From positions 2,448 through 66,447 of the forward strand of contig JAFMKU010000006.1 of assembly GCA_017852795.1 (NCBI GenBank): a stretch of 64,000 nucleotides of DNA, read 5' to 3'. Position numbers and translations under genes: made by a program. The DNA comes from Candidatus Neomicrothrix sp. (GTDB lineage Bacteria > Actinomycetota > Acidimicrobiia > Acidimicrobiales > Aldehydirespiratoraceae). The notes beneath the pieces were generated by a model. The model saw only the letters and a list, made by a program, of their open reading frames with translations. It was not told the DNA's origin and made no database searches. Position 1 is the first letter of the stretch. Each line of letters begins with the position of its first letter. This document shows positions 1 through 10,253 of this stretch, piece by piece.

Positions 1-1969
1 CGATGGCGGCATGTTCGGCCGCGTGAAGCGACCCACCCGGATCTAGCCCGGCCTCAAGCAAGGCGTTGATCACTTCAGGATCGAATTGGTACCAGAAGGC
101 TCGGGTGATCAGGCGTTCCTCAGGAAGATCGAGTTGATGGTTGCTGATCAACGCTCGGGTGTAGGCGTCGCGAAGCTGGTAGCTGCCGACGGTGGTCGCC
201 ACCTCAACCTCACCGAGGTGCAACGTGGCCCGGCCGATTCGACGTTCGGCGTCGCGGGAACGAACCCGAAGATCGATGGCGCTCTTGGGTTGGGTGTAGG
301 TCGCCCCATCCGATTCGCCGACCAGCGCAACCCCTTCGGTCAGGTTGAGTTCGCTGACCGTGAAGTGACGGCCCTGATGGAGGTACACCGCACCCTGATG
401 CACGGTGGTGTAGGCCCGGGCCGTGTCCACGGTGCCGATCACTCGTCGGGACTCCTGATCGATGATCGCTACCTGTTCGGTACTTCCCGATCGCAGACCG
501 ATCGAGCGCGACGGCCGGCCCGAACCGATCCAGTGGGCCTGCGGAGCTTGTTGTTCCTGGCCGGGGGGTCGGTTCATGCGGAGTTGCCCGGAACTAACCA
601 AGTCACGAACCCCGTTGTGGAGATCTTCTGCTGGCCACCAGCGTTCGTCGGCGACCGAAAGCGGAGACTCGAACGCGGCACAGGCGAGATGGGGGAGCAG
701 GATGAACGGGTTGGATAAGTTGACCACCGACGGTTCCGGTGGTCGGACGAAGACTTCATCGGGGTGCTGCACCAGATAGCGATCGAGTTGGTCGTCGCCG
801 GCGATCAGAACGGCAAGGCTCGGCCCGCGGTCGCGACCAACCCGTCCCGCCTGCTGCCACATCGAGGCGATCGTGCCTGGGAATCCGGTCAGGATGCAGG
901 CGTCAAGTTCGCCAATGTCGATACCCAACTCCAGCGCCGAAGTCGCGACCACACCCCGCAGGGCGCCGGTAGCCAGCAGATGTTCGATCTCGCGTCGTTC
1001 CTCAGGGAGGTAGCCAGCCCGGTACGCCATCACCGTGCCCTGCAGATGGTCGGGCAGGTGGCGGGTCATGTCGGCGCTGATGACCTCGGTGCCTTTGCGG
1101 CTTCGACCGAAGGTGATCGTGTGATGTCCTCGTTCGATCAGGTCTGCACCAAGACGGGCGGCTTGACGAAGCGGTGAGAGACGCTCGCCGGTCGTCTCGT
1201 CGAATACCGGCGGGTCAACAAGCGCAAACGATCGATCGCCGCTGGGTGAGCCGTCGGCGCTGATCGCGGTTACCGGCATGCCGCACAGTGACTTGGCGAG
1301 GCGTTCGGGTTGACCGATGGTGGCCGAAGTAAAGATGAACGTCGGGTTCGCTCCGTGCAGGTCGCAGAGTCGGCGCAGGCGCCGTAAGACGTGGGCCACG
1401 TGAGTTCCGAACACGCCGCGCAGCACGTGCAGTTCATCGATCACGACGTAACGCAGGCGCCGCAGGAAATGCCCCCACTGGGGGTGTTGGCTCAGCATCC
1501 CGTGATGCAGCATTTCGGGATTGGTGAGCAGCACGTTGGCTTGCCGACGCAGCAGACCTCGCAGGTTCGCGGGAGTGTCCCCGTCGTAGGTTCCGGCCAC
1601 CACGGCGTCGAGGTTCAGGTGCTGAAACGATCGAAGCTGGTCCTGGGCGAGCGCCTTGGTCGGGTAGATCAGCAGCGCGGTGCCCGGTTGGTCTGGGTCG
1701 GTGACCGCTTCAGCAATCGGGATCTGGAAACAACGCGACTTGCCCGACGCGGTGCTGGTGGCAATAACCACGTGCTCGCCTTGTCGGATGGCGTTGATGG
1801 CGTCGGCCTGATGACTCCAAAGCTTTTCCGCAACGTCATCCATTCCTAACCGGCTGGGAAGGGGAACGTCGAGTTGTCCGTAGCGGGCCGAGCGGGCTGG
1901 CAGGTGATGAAAACCGATCAGCTCACCGGTTTCGTTGAGGCGCTCAAGGGTGTCGGCAAACGGTGACAT
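1..1969 (-). CDS. DEAD/DEAH (DExH)-box helicase with DUF1998/MrfA-like C-terminal region; 3' end lies outside the window
   Basis: Absent from the ORF track because it has no stop inside the window. Manual minus-strand translation from ATG (complement of 1967-1969) gives MSPFADTLERLNETGELIGFHHLPARS... Motifs: Walker A IATSTASGKS, DExH box YVVIDELH (complement of 1427-1450), TSALELGIDIG. The frame stays open to nt 1, ending ...LLEAGLDPGGSLHAAEHAAI. The + strand ORFs 86-718, 764-1177 and 1391-1849 are its antisense shadows. Confidence 0.85.
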   Translation of the reverse strand, partial: MSPFADTLERLNETGELIGFHHLPARSARYGQLDVPLPSRLGMDDVAEKLWSHQADAINAIRQGEHVVIATSTASGKSRCFQIPIAEAVTDPDQPGTALLIYPTKALAQDQLRSFQHLNLDAVVAGTYDGDTPANLRGLLRRQANVLLTNPEMLHHGMLSQHPQWGHFLRRLRYVVIDELHVLRGVFGTHVAHVLRRLRRLCDLHGANPTFIFTSATIGQPERLAKSLCGMPVTAISADGSPSGDRSFALVDPPVFDETTGERLSPLRQAARLGADLIERGHHTITFGRSRKGTEVISADMTRHLPDHLQGTVMAYRAGYLPEERREIEHLLATGALRGVVATSALELGIDIGELDACILTGFPGTIASMWQQAGRVGRDRGPSLAVLIAGDDQLDRYLVQHPDEVFVRPPEPSVVNLSNPFILLPHLACAAFESPLSVADERWWPAEDLHNGVRDLVSSGQLRMNRPPGQEQQAPQAHWIGSGRPSRSIGLRSGSTEQVAIIDQESRRVIGTVDTARAYTTVHQGAVYLHQGRHFTVSELNLTEGVALVGESDGATYTQPKSAIDLRVRSRDAERRIGRATLHLGEVEVATTVGSYQLRDAYTRALISNHQLDLPEERLITRAFWYQFDPEVINALLEAGLDPGGSLHAAEHAAI

Positions 1970-2051
1970 CGGGTCGACGGAGCGCATCGGTGAGATACTA
2001 CGAGGCGAGGATGACAGAGGCAGGGCTGGCCGTTCCGGTACCGTTCGAGGC

Positions 2052-2390
2052 GTGGACATCGTCGTGCACTCACATCAGGCTGCGGATTTTTCGGTTCTCA
2101 CCGTGGCCGGTGAACTGGACGTGGTTGGGGCCCCCGAACTTCGCCAGCAGGTTCTTGGCCGCATCGCGCAAGGCGATCATCGACTGGTGCTCGACCTGTC
2201 CGGCGTCGACTACATCGACAGTTTCGGGGTTGGGGTGGTGATCGGCGCGCTCAAGCGGGTACGCCTGCTCGACGGTGAACTTCGGCTGGTGGTTCCAGAA
2301 CGTCAGGTGCGGAGAGTGTTTGAGCTCTGCGACCTTGACCGGATCTTTAAGCTTCACGAAACGCTGGAGCAAGCTTTGGAGGGCCGGTGA
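2052..2390 (+). CDS. anti-sigma factor antagonist (STAS domain, SpoIIAA/RsbV-like)
   Basis: VDIVVHSHQAADFSVLTVAGELDVVGAPELRQQV...LVLDLSGVDYIDSFGVGVVIGALKR matches the STAS pattern. The GTG at 2052 was chosen because the track start at 1935 would overlap the divergent helicase start. Confidence 0.78.
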   Translation: MDIVVHSHQAADFSVLTVAGELDVVGAPELRQQVLGRIAQGDHRLVLDLSGVDYIDSFGVGVVIGALKRVRLLDGELRLVVPERQVRRVFELCDLDRIFKLHETLEQALEGR

Positions 2391-2839
2391 CCGAACGGCC
2401 GCTTCCGATGACCTTCTCGGTAGAAATCCCGGCCCGAGCCGACTATGTCTCGTTTGTGCGGGTGGTGGTCGCCGCCGCTGCTCTCGACTGGTCCGGTTTC
2501 CCAGCCGACCGGGTTGAAGACTTGAAGCTGGCGGTGTCAGAGGCAACCACCAACGCCATCAACGCCCACCATCGAGTGGGGAGAACCGACGGGATTCACC
2601 TGCGCTGCACCGCCAGCGCGGACGGCATCGAAGTCACCGTCAGCGACCGAGGATCAGGTTTTCACCCAGCCGATCGACAGACGCTGCCCGATCCGGAGGA
2701 TCCGGCCCGCCTCATGCACGAATCGGGTCTCGGTTTGGATCTGATCGAAGCCCTCACCGACGAATTCGAACTCACATCCGATAGAGAAGGTACCGACGTC
2801 CGCATGGTGGTGTATTCGGACCAACGTCGCCGATCGTAG
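2387..2839 (+). CDS. anti-sigma factor / HATPase_c serine kinase (RsbW/SpoIIAB-like)
   Basis: The GTG start overlaps the stop of the STAS gene (GTGA). Motifs: LKLAVSEATTNAINAH (N-box-like), DRGSGF, GLGLDLI (G-box). This is the classic partner-switching pair arrangement. Confidence 0.72.
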   Translation: MTERPLPMTFSVEIPARADYVSFVRVVVAAAALDWSGFPADRVEDLKLAVSEATTNAINAHHRVGRTDGIHLRCTASADGIEVTVSDRGSGFHPADRQTLPDPEDPARLMHESGLGLDLIEALTDEFELTSDREGTDVRMVVYSDQRRRS

Positions 2840-2868
2840 TTTCTGCACCGCTAACGTCACCTCTCGAA

Positions 2869-4233
2869 ATGGCTCAATCACCGATAGACCTCTCCCCACT
2901 GACCTGGCTTGGCGGCGATCGTCGCCTCGCTCGACGCATCGGACGCCCAGTGCGCCGGTTCCTCCGCGTGGAAGCCGCAGGTGGCATCTTGCTCATCGTG
3001 GCCACCGTGGTAGCGCTGGCCTGGGCGAACTCACCGTGGAGCGACGGGTACTTCTCGCTGATCCACACCGAGATCACGTTGAAGTTCGGTGATCTCCTGA
3101 CCATCTCGGAAGATTTCGAGCACTGGGTGAACGACGCCTTGATGGTGCTGTTCTTCTTTGTGGTGGGAATCGAAATCAACCGTGAACTCGTAACCGGTGA
3201 ACTTCGTGACCGACGAGCGGCGGCGCTACCGGCGATTGCCGCGGTTGGTGGCATGGTTGTTCCGGCCCTCGTCTACGCCCTCATCAACTTTGGTGGCGAA
3301 GGAGCCCACGGCTGGGGAGTTCCGATGGCGACCGACATCGCTTTCGCCGTGGGTGTTGTCTCGTTGCTGGGCAACCGGGTTCCGGGAGCAATGAAGGTCT
3401 TCCTGTTGACCCTGGCCATCGTCGACGACATCGGCGCCATTTTGGTGATCGCAGTCTTTTACACCGACCAGTTGTCGCTGGGCTGGCTGGCGATCGCCGG
3501 GGTGACGGTGGTGGTGGTGATAGTGATGCGCGCGGTTCGTATCTGGTACATCCCGGTGTATGTCGTGGTCGGGTCGTTCCTCTGGCTGGCCGTGTTCGAG
3601 TCGGGGGTGCATGCCACGATCGCCGGTGTGGTGCTGGGCCTGATCGCCCCCGCCCGCCCCTTGAAAGACCTTGACGAGCATCCCCCGTTGGATGTTCACC
3701 TCGGTTCGGCGATCGGTGGGCAGCCCAACGCGGGCCTGATCCGTCGGGCTCATTTCGAGATCCGAGAGACGGTTTCGGTCGCTGAACGGCTTGATGATGT
3801 GCTTCACCCGTTCACGTCGTTCCTGATCGTTCCCTTGTTTGCCTTCGCCAACGCCGGCATCAAAGTGTCGGGCGAGACGATCAGCGAAGCCGCCACCAGC
3901 CCGGTCACGCTCGGGGTGGTGTTCGGGTTGGTCGTCGGCAAGCTCGTCGGTATCTCGCTGTTCACCTATCTCGGGGTCAAGCTGGGCATTGCCCGGATGC
4001 CGAGAGGCGCGACCTGGACTCATGTGGTTGGGCTCAGCGCAGTGGCCGGTATCGGGTTTACGGTGGCGTTGTTCATCTCGAACCTGGCCTTCACCGATCC
4101 GGTGCTCGTCGAGGACGCCAAGATCGGGATTCTGGCGGCGTCGGTTGTGGCTGCGCTGGTAGGTGTAATCATCCTGATGCGGGCATCGAAAGTCGTCGAA
4201 CTTGAGATGGAACCGGCGGAGAGGGATAGCTGA
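2869..4233 (+). CDS. nhaA: Na+/H+ antiporter NhaA
   Basis: Polytopic membrane protein. NhaA hallmarks: LMVLFFFVVGIEINRE, GWGVPMATDIAFAVGV, LTLAIVDDIGAILVIAVFY. Confidence 0.9.
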   Translation: MAQSPIDLSPLTWLGGDRRLARRIGRPVRRFLRVEAAGGILLIVATVVALAWANSPWSDGYFSLIHTEITLKFGDLLTISEDFEHWVNDALMVLFFFVVGIEINRELVTGELRDRRAAALPAIAAVGGMVVPALVYALINFGGEGAHGWGVPMATDIAFAVGVVSLLGNRVPGAMKVFLLTLAIVDDIGAILVIAVFYTDQLSLGWLAIAGVTVVVVIVMRAVRIWYIPVYVVVGSFLWLAVFESGVHATIAGVVLGLIAPARPLKDLDEHPPLDVHLGSAIGGQPNAGLIRRAHFEIRETVSVAERLDDVLHPFTSFLIVPLFAFANAGIKVSGETISEAATSPVTLGVVFGLVVGKLVGISLFTYLGVKLGIARMPRGATWTHVVGLSAVAGIGFTVALFISNLAFTDPVLVEDAKIGILAASVVAALVGVIILMRASKVVELEMEPAERDS

Positions 4234-7013
4234 TGGGGAAGTCGTTGGTGATCGTGGAGAGCCCGGCTAAGGCTCGCAAGATCCAGGAGTATCTCGGCGG
4301 AGATTTCGTCGTCGAGTCATCGATCGGCCACATCCGAGACCTCCCCAAAAGTGCAGCTGAGGTTCCTGCCGCCTATCGCAACGAGTCGTGGGCTAAAACC
4401 GGTGTAGATGTCGACAACGGGTTCAAGCCGCTTTATGTCGAAAGCCCAGACAAGAAAGATCAGATTCGGACGTTGCGCCGGCTGGTCAAAGATGCCGACG
4501 AGCTCTATCTCGCGACCGATGAGGATCGTGAAGGTGAAGCAATCGCCTGGCACCTTCTGGAAGTGTTGAACCCGACGGTGCCGGTCCATCGCATGGTGTT
4601 TCACGAAATCACCAAGGACGCGATCCAGGCCGCAGTCAACTCGCCTCGAGAACTCGATCGAAAGATGGTTGACGCTCAGGAAGCGCGGCGAATCATGGAC
4701 CGGCTCTACGGCTATGAGGTCAGTCCGGTGCTCTGGAAAAAGGTCGGCGCGAGTCTTTCGGCTGGCCGGGTGCAGAGCGTCGCTACTCGGGTCGTGGTGC
4801 AGCGAGAACGCGAACGCATGGCGTTCGTGCCTGCCGCCTACTGGGATGTCAAAGGTTCCTTCTCGGGAGCAAACGACGCTGAGGGTCGGGTGTTCGTTGC
4901 TGCGTTGGCGACGATCGATGGCCAGCGTCTTGCCAGTGGCCGGGACTTTGATGACCGAGGCCAACTCACCCGAGCCGACGCCGTGCTGCTCGATCAGGCC
5001 GGGGCTCAGAGTTTGGTGACGTCGCTCGACGGGGTTGCGTTCACGGTTCGGGCCCGCGAAGCAAAGCCGTATCGTCGCCGGCCAGCGGCGCCGTTCACCA
5101 CATCGACGTTCCAGCAGGAAGCCGGTAACAAGCTCGGGTTGAGCGCGCAGATGGCGATGCGGGCTGCTCAGTCGCTCTACGAAAAGGGCCTGATCACCTA
5201 CATGCGAACCGACTCCACGACGTTGTCTGGCGCCGCGGTCAACGCCGCCCGGTCCGCGGTCATGGAGCGTTTCGGTTCGTCGTTTCTTCCCGACGCACCC
5301 CGCCATTACGCAACGAAATCGAAAAACGCTCAGGAAGCCCACGAGGCCATTCGGCCCTCCGGCGACCAGTTCCGTAGCCCGGATGATGTCGCTCGTGAAC
5401 TGGGAAGCTCGAAGTTGGAAGCGTCGGTCTATGGCCTGATCTGGCGCCGCACGGTCGCCTCGCAGATGACCGATTGCGTGGGGGAGACGGTCACTTTGCG
5501 GCTTGGGGCCAACGCCACCGATGGCCGTGACGTGGAGTTCTCGGCTTCGGGAACGGTCATCACCCATCGAGGGTTCCGCGAGGCCTACGAGACAGGCGCC
5601 AGCGACGCTCGCAAGGCCGACAAGACCGACAAATCAAACAAGACCGACAGTGCCGATGACTCCGATGATGACGAGCGACGCTTGCCGCCTCTGAACGAAG
5701 GCGACCGGGTTCAGTTGGCGGGGCCGTTGGAGTTCGAGGGGCACGAAACCCAACCTCCATCACGTTTCACCGAGTCTTCGTTGGTGAAACAACTTGAGGA
5801 ACTCGGTGTAGGTCGGCCGTCAACCTATGCCTCGATCATTGGCACGATCCAAGCGCGGGGTTACGTCTGGAAGAAAGGGTCGGCACTGATCCCGAGCTTC
5901 ACCGCGTTCTCGGTAGTTGCGCTGATGGAAGGGCATTTCCCGAACCTTGTTGACTACGCCTTCACGGCCCGGATGGAAGACGATCTTGACCGGATCGCCG
6001 CTGGTCTCGAAGAAGTTGAACCGTGGCTGGGTCGTTTCTATTTCGGAGAAGGTCCCGAAGGAGAACCGGGTCTGCATGAGAAGGTTTCCACCCGGCTGCC
6101 TGACATCGACGCGCGGCTCGTCAACACCTTGCCGCTGGGGGTCACCGAAGATGGTCGCCCGATCGCGGTTCGTTCCGGCAAGTACGGCCCCTATGTCCAG
6201 CTTGGCGATGGGGCCGTTCCGGAAGAAACAGAAACCGCGTCGATTCCTGATGACATCCCACCCGCGGATCTGACCGTCGAGCTGGCGCTCGAGTATCTGT
6301 CGATGCCCAAAGACGGACGGATCGTCGGGGACGACCCCACGACCGGGCTTCCGATCTTTGCGAAAGCGGGTCGTTTTGGGCCTTACGTGCAGGTGGGGAC
6401 TCACGAGGATTGGGAACCTTCGGGGGAAAAGCCGCCGACCGCGTCGTTGTTTTCGACGATGACGTTGGAGCGCTTGACTCTCGACGATGCGATGGATTTG
6501 TTGTCGTTGCCTCGCACGGTAGGCACTGATCCGGCCGATGGTGAAGCGATTCTGGTCCAGAACGGTCGCTACGGGCCGTACCTCACCAAAGGCAAAGAGA
6601 CCCGTTCGCTCGAAACTGAGGAACAACTGCTGACCGTCACCCTTGATGAGTGTCTGGCGCTTCTAGCTCAGCCCAAACGACGTCGGGGACAGAAGGTCAG
6701 CGCTCCGCTGCGCGAGCTTGGCGATGATCCGGTCACTGGCAAACCAATGGTGATCAAGGACGGGCGGTTCGGGCCGTACGTGACCGACGGCGAGTCCAAC
6801 GCGTCGCTGCGAACCGGCGACACGGTTGAGGAGATCACCGTGGAGCGGGCTGCGGAACTGTTGGTGATCCGCCGGGCCAAGCAGGGCACTAAGAAGAAGG
6901 CCACCAAGAAGAAGGCCACGAAGAAGAAGGCCACGAAGAAGAAAGCGGCCACCAAGAAAGCCGCAGCGAAACGTTCCACCGGCTCAGTGGATCCCTCCCC
7001 ACAGGGGGAGTGA
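4233..7013 (+). CDS. topA: DNA topoisomerase I (type IA), actinobacterial form with GxxGPY C-terminal repeats and a lysine-rich tail
   Basis: TOPRIM start MGKSLVIVESPAKARKI and DEDREGEAIAWH. Active-site region LITYMRTDS. Four C-terminal repeats: SGKYGPYVQLG, AGRFGPYVQVG, NGRYGPYLTKG, DGRFGPYVTDG. Tail is KKKATKKKATKKKATKKKAATKKAAAK. Confidence 0.97.
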   Translation: MGKSLVIVESPAKARKIQEYLGGDFVVESSIGHIRDLPKSAAEVPAAYRNESWAKTGVDVDNGFKPLYVESPDKKDQIRTLRRLVKDADELYLATDEDREGEAIAWHLLEVLNPTVPVHRMVFHEITKDAIQAAVNSPRELDRKMVDAQEARRIMDRLYGYEVSPVLWKKVGASLSAGRVQSVATRVVVQRERERMAFVPAAYWDVKGSFSGANDAEGRVFVAALATIDGQRLASGRDFDDRGQLTRADAVLLDQAGAQSLVTSLDGVAFTVRAREAKPYRRRPAAPFTTSTFQQEAGNKLGLSAQMAMRAAQSLYEKGLITYMRTDSTTLSGAAVNAARSAVMERFGSSFLPDAPRHYATKSKNAQEAHEAIRPSGDQFRSPDDVARELGSSKLEASVYGLIWRRTVASQMTDCVGETVTLRLGANATDGRDVEFSASGTVITHRGFREAYETGASDARKADKTDKSNKTDSADDSDDDERRLPPLNEGDRVQLAGPLEFEGHETQPPSRFTESSLVKQLEELGVGRPSTYASIIGTIQARGYVWKKGSALIPSFTAFSVVALMEGHFPNLVDYAFTARMEDDLDRIAAGLEEVEPWLGRFYFGEGPEGEPGLHEKVSTRLPDIDARLVNTLPLGVTEDGRPIAVRSGKYGPYVQLGDGAVPEETETASIPDDIPPADLTVELALEYLSMPKDGRIVGDDPTTGLPIFAKAGRFGPYVQVGTHEDWEPSGEKPPTASLFSTMTLERLTLDDAMDLLSLPRTVGTDPADGEAILVQNGRYGPYLTKGKETRSLETEEQLLTVTLDECLALLAQPKRRRGQKVSAPLRELGDDPVTGKPMVIKDGRFGPYVTDGESNASLRTGDTVEEITVERAAELLVIRRAKQGTKKKATKKKATKKKATKKKAATKKAAAKRSTGSVDPSPQGE
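6891..6953 (+). repeat. in-frame 15-bp tandem repeat (aagaagaaggccacS x3 plus a degenerate copy) encoding the KKKAT tail of TopA
   Basis: Direct reading: aagaagaaggccacc / aagaagaaggccacg / aagaagaaggccacg / aagaagaaagcggccacc. Confidence 0.9.
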
Positions 7014-7049
7014 CCGCACCCGGCCCCACCGGCCTCTAGTCTCGTCAAC

Positions 7050-8474
7050 GTGTCCTGGCTCTCCGCCCGTCGCTCCACCACTGCTCGCGGTGAGACGTCC
7101 CACTCGGCTGAAGGGGTGGTCGAACGCGTCTTTGGCTCGGTCGGGTTTTTCCGGTTGTGGATCGCCCAAGTCATCTCGGCAACCGGTGACTGGCTGGGCT
7201 TGATTGCCATCATCTCGCTGGCCGAACGACTCAATGACGGCTCGGAGGGAACCGCGATCGCTCTGGTGCTCACCGCTCGCATCCTGCCCGGTTTTTTCCT
7301 AGCCACCGCAGCCGGAATCATTGTCGACCGGTTCAATCGTCGTCGGGTGATGATGGTCGCCGACGTGGGCCGGGCGTTGGTGTTGATGGCCCTGCCGTTC
7401 GTCGATTCGCTGGCTGGTCTGGTGCTGGCGTCGTTCGTGCTGGAACTGCTGACCATGCTCTGGTCTCCGGCCAAAGAAGCGCTGGTACCGAGTTTGGTCC
7501 CGGCCGACAAGTTGACGTCGGCGAACTCGCTGAACGTGGCCGCGGCCTACGGCATGTTCCCGGTAGCAGCCGGGCTGGCCGCATTGCTGGCCAAGATCGC
7601 CGAGTCGCTAGCGGACACTGGATGGATCGACACGCTGCGTCTCAATCAAGAAGGTCTGGCGTTCTACGTGGACGCGTTGTCGTTCCTCGCCACCGCGCTG
7701 ATCGTGTCGACCATCGTGATCCCGAAAGCGGCCCGGGAACGCGAAGACACCGGTAACGCCAAGGGATGGGACTTTGGTGGTGCGGTTCGGGACCTGAAAG
7801 AAGGGTGGCGAGTTATTGCCATGAACCCGGTGGTTCGCTCGGTCAATGTCGGCCTTGCTACCGGGGTGATCGGCGGTGGAATGCTGGTGCCGCTCGGAGC
7901 GATCTTTGTCAGCGAAGTCATCTCCGGCGACGAAGCGGATTTCAACCTTGTTCTGTTCGCGCTGGGGACCGGTATGGCTTTTGGGGTTGGCTCCGCCTCG
8001 GTGTTCCAGAACCGGATGAACCGGTCGAAAGCGTTCCCGTTGGCGCTGCTCACCGCGGGGGTTGGGTTGCTGGCGGCGGGTTCATCCTCGGTGCTGTGGC
8101 TGGTCGTCCCGGCCATCGGCCTCGTAGGGTTCGCGGCGGGCCCGGTGTATGTCCTCGGGTTCACGCTGCTTCACGAAAATGTTGACGACGAATTCCGGGG
8201 GCGAATCTTCGCGGCCCTCCTGGTAGTGGTGCGGTTCTGTGTGCTGCTGGCGTTGGCAGCCGCACCGCTTTTGTCGGAACTCTTCGATCGTTTGAGCGCG
8301 GCCTTGTGGGATCGGCAGCTCGACATCGCCGGTATTTCAGTCTTTGTTCCGGGGGTTCGTTTGACCATCTGGTTGGCATCAATCATCGTCTCGTTGGCCG
8401 GGTTCCTCGCTCTGGCCAGTCTTCGGGAACACAGCGGCACTCCAAGCTCTGACACTGCGGGCCGGGCAAGCTGA
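7050..8474 (+). CDS. MFS transporter
   Basis: About 12 hydrophobic segments. MFS-type loop DRFNRRRVMMVADVGRALVLMALPF. GTG start. Confidence 0.72.
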   Translation: MSWLSARRSTTARGETSHSAEGVVERVFGSVGFFRLWIAQVISATGDWLGLIAIISLAERLNDGSEGTAIALVLTARILPGFFLATAAGIIVDRFNRRRVMMVADVGRALVLMALPFVDSLAGLVLASFVLELLTMLWSPAKEALVPSLVPADKLTSANSLNVAAAYGMFPVAAGLAALLAKIAESLADTGWIDTLRLNQEGLAFYVDALSFLATALIVSTIVIPKAAREREDTGNAKGWDFGGAVRDLKEGWRVIAMNPVVRSVNVGLATGVIGGGMLVPLGAIFVSEVISGDEADFNLVLFALGTGMAFGVGSASVFQNRMNRSKAFPLALLTAGVGLLAAGSSSVLWLVVPAIGLVGFAAGPVYVLGFTLLHENVDDEFRGRIFAALLVVVRFCVLLALAAAPLLSELFDRLSAALWDRQLDIAGISVFVPGVRLTIWLASIIVSLAGFLALASLREHSGTPSSDTAGRAS

Positions 8475-8475
8475 C

Positions 8476-9084
8476 ATGGCCGGTCTTCTCATTGCTTTCG
8501 AAGGGGCGGATGCGTCGGGGAAATCGACGCAGGCCCGGCGCCTAGCTCAACGAATCGGGGCGACACTAACTTTCGAGTTTGGTGCCACCCCGGTTGGTTC
8601 GGCCATTCGATCCATCCTGCTTGACCCAGCCCATACCTCAATGGATGACCGAGCCGAAGCCTTGTTGGTGATTGCAGACAAAGCACAGCACGTGGCCGAA
8701 CTGGTTGGTCCGGCGTTGGCGCGTGGCGAGACGGTGATCTCTGATCGGTTCACTGCTTCGAGCACCGCCTATCAGGGGTACGGGCGGGGTCTTGACCGGG
8801 CCGTGATCGAATCGATCATGGACTTTGCTACCCATGGGTTGCGGCCCGACCTGACCGTGCTGCTCGATGTTGATTTGGCACTGGCCCGTGAACGCCTCGG
8901 TGATGACATCGACCGTATCGAAGGAGCGGGCGCCGAATTTCATCGGCGGGTCCGAGACGGTTATCTCGAGTTGGCCGCGGCCGATCCGGATCGCTGGCTG
9001 GTGATCGACGCCGGAGGGTCTGTTGAGCAGGTGGCCGCTCGGGTAGATGCCGCGGTCGATTCCTGGCTGGCGGCGAACCGGTGA
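8476..9084 (+). CDS. tmk: dTMP (thymidylate) kinase
   Basis: P-loop LIAFEGADASGKSTQ. DRFTASSTAYQGYGRGL. LID-like region. Confidence 0.9.
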   Translation: MAGLLIAFEGADASGKSTQARRLAQRIGATLTFEFGATPVGSAIRSILLDPAHTSMDDRAEALLVIADKAQHVAELVGPALARGETVISDRFTASSTAYQGYGRGLDRAVIESIMDFATHGLRPDLTVLLDVDLALARERLGDDIDRIEGAGAEFHRRVRDGYLELAAADPDRWLVIDAGGSVEQVAARVDAAVDSWLAANR

Positions 9085-10121
9085 GCTGGGAACGGCTGAT
9101 CGGCCAACCCGAAGCCCAACGCCGTCTGGAACTGGCGGTGCAGTCACCGGTTCACGCCTACTTGTTTGTGGGTCCGGCCGGGTCCGGTAAGCGCCGGGCG
9201 GCCACGATTTTCGCGGGAGAACTGCTGGCGGGTGCCGACCCGGACCGGGCCGAGCGGCACCGCCGTCTCGCCGGGGACGAACACCACCCTGATGTGCACA
9301 TCGTTGACCCGGTGGGAAACAACCTTCGGCGTGAGGAGGAGGCAGAACCGCTGATTGTCGAAGCGAGCCGTTCCCCGCTGGAAGGCGCTCGCAAGGTGCT
9401 GATCGTGAACCGGTTCCACACCGCGACTCCTGCGGCCGCGGCGGCGCTGCTCAAAACCGTGGAGGAGCCACCGGGGCAGGCGGTGTTCGTGCTGCTCGCC
9501 GAGGACGTCCCCGATGAACACATCACCATCGAAAGCCGCTGTACCCGAGTGGATTTTTCGCCGGTTGCCGCCGACGCGATCGCCGAAGCGCTGATCGCTG
9601 AAGGGCTTTGTGACGCGGATCGGGCGGAGGTGGTGGCGGCGGCCGCCAACGGCAACGTCGATCGGGCTCGAGTCTTGGCCACCGACGAACGGTTAGCGGC
9701 CCGGCGCGATGCCTGGTGGTCGGTTCCCGCTCGGTTGGATGGAACCGGGGCTGCGGTCGCGGTGCTGGTCGAGGAGCTCCGGGGCCTCATCGACGACGCA
9801 GGCGACGCCAAAGAACGGCAGCATCGGGCGGAACTCGATGCCCTTGATGAGCGTGAAGAACGGTTAGGGACCCGCGGCTCGGGTCGGCGTGATCTCGAAG
9901 CTCGTCAACGACGCGAACTCCGCCAGTTTCGGACCGAAGAACTGCGGTTCGGGTTGTCAACGCTGGCCGGGCGCTATCGACAGCAGATGATGACCGGCGA
10001 CGAGCGCCCCAGTTTGCTCGGCGCAGTCGACGCCTTACGAGAAACGCAAACGGCGTTGATCCGCAACCCCAGCGAGGCGTTGGCCCTGCAAGCGTTGCTG
10101 CTGCAACTCCCACCGTTGTAG
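9081..10121 (+). CDS. holB: DNA polymerase III subunit delta-prime
   Basis: 4-bp overlap with tmk. AYLFVGPAGSGKRRAA (degenerate clamp-loader P-loop). LLKTVEEPP motif. Conserved tmk-holB order. Confidence 0.85.
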   Translation: MSWERLIGQPEAQRRLELAVQSPVHAYLFVGPAGSGKRRAATIFAGELLAGADPDRAERHRRLAGDEHHPDVHIVDPVGNNLRREEEAEPLIVEASRSPLEGARKVLIVNRFHTATPAAAAALLKTVEEPPGQAVFVLLAEDVPDEHITIESRCTRVDFSPVAADAIAEALIAEGLCDADRAEVVAAAANGNVDRARVLATDERLAARRDAWWSVPARLDGTGAAVAVLVEELRGLIDDAGDAKERQHRAELDALDEREERLGTRGSGRRDLEARQRRELRQFRTEELRFGLSTLAGRYRQQMMTGDERPSLLGAVDALRETQTALIRNPSEALALQALLLQLPPL

Positions 10122-10180
10122 AACCAGGTTGGTTCGCCGTTGAGGATTGGCGCGGTGAGGTTGCTACGGTTCTTGGCTGC

Positions 10181-10253
10181 GCCCGAGTAGCTCAGTTGGT
10201 AGAGCGACGCTCTCGTAAAGCGTAGGTCAGGAGTTCAATCCTCCTCTCGGGCT
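10181..10253 (+). tRNA. tRNA-Thr (anticodon CGT)
   Basis: Hand-folded cloverleaf. Acceptor GCCCGAG/CTCGGGC. D arm GCTC-AGTTGGTA-GAGC. Anticodon arm ACGCT-CTCGTAA-AGCGT (anticodon CGT). Variable loop AGGTC. T arm AGGAG-TTCAATC-CTCCT. Discriminator T. No encoded CCA. Confidence 0.9.

Noticed and set aside
4317-5567. 416-aa minus-strand ORF
   Set aside because: It is antisense to topA.
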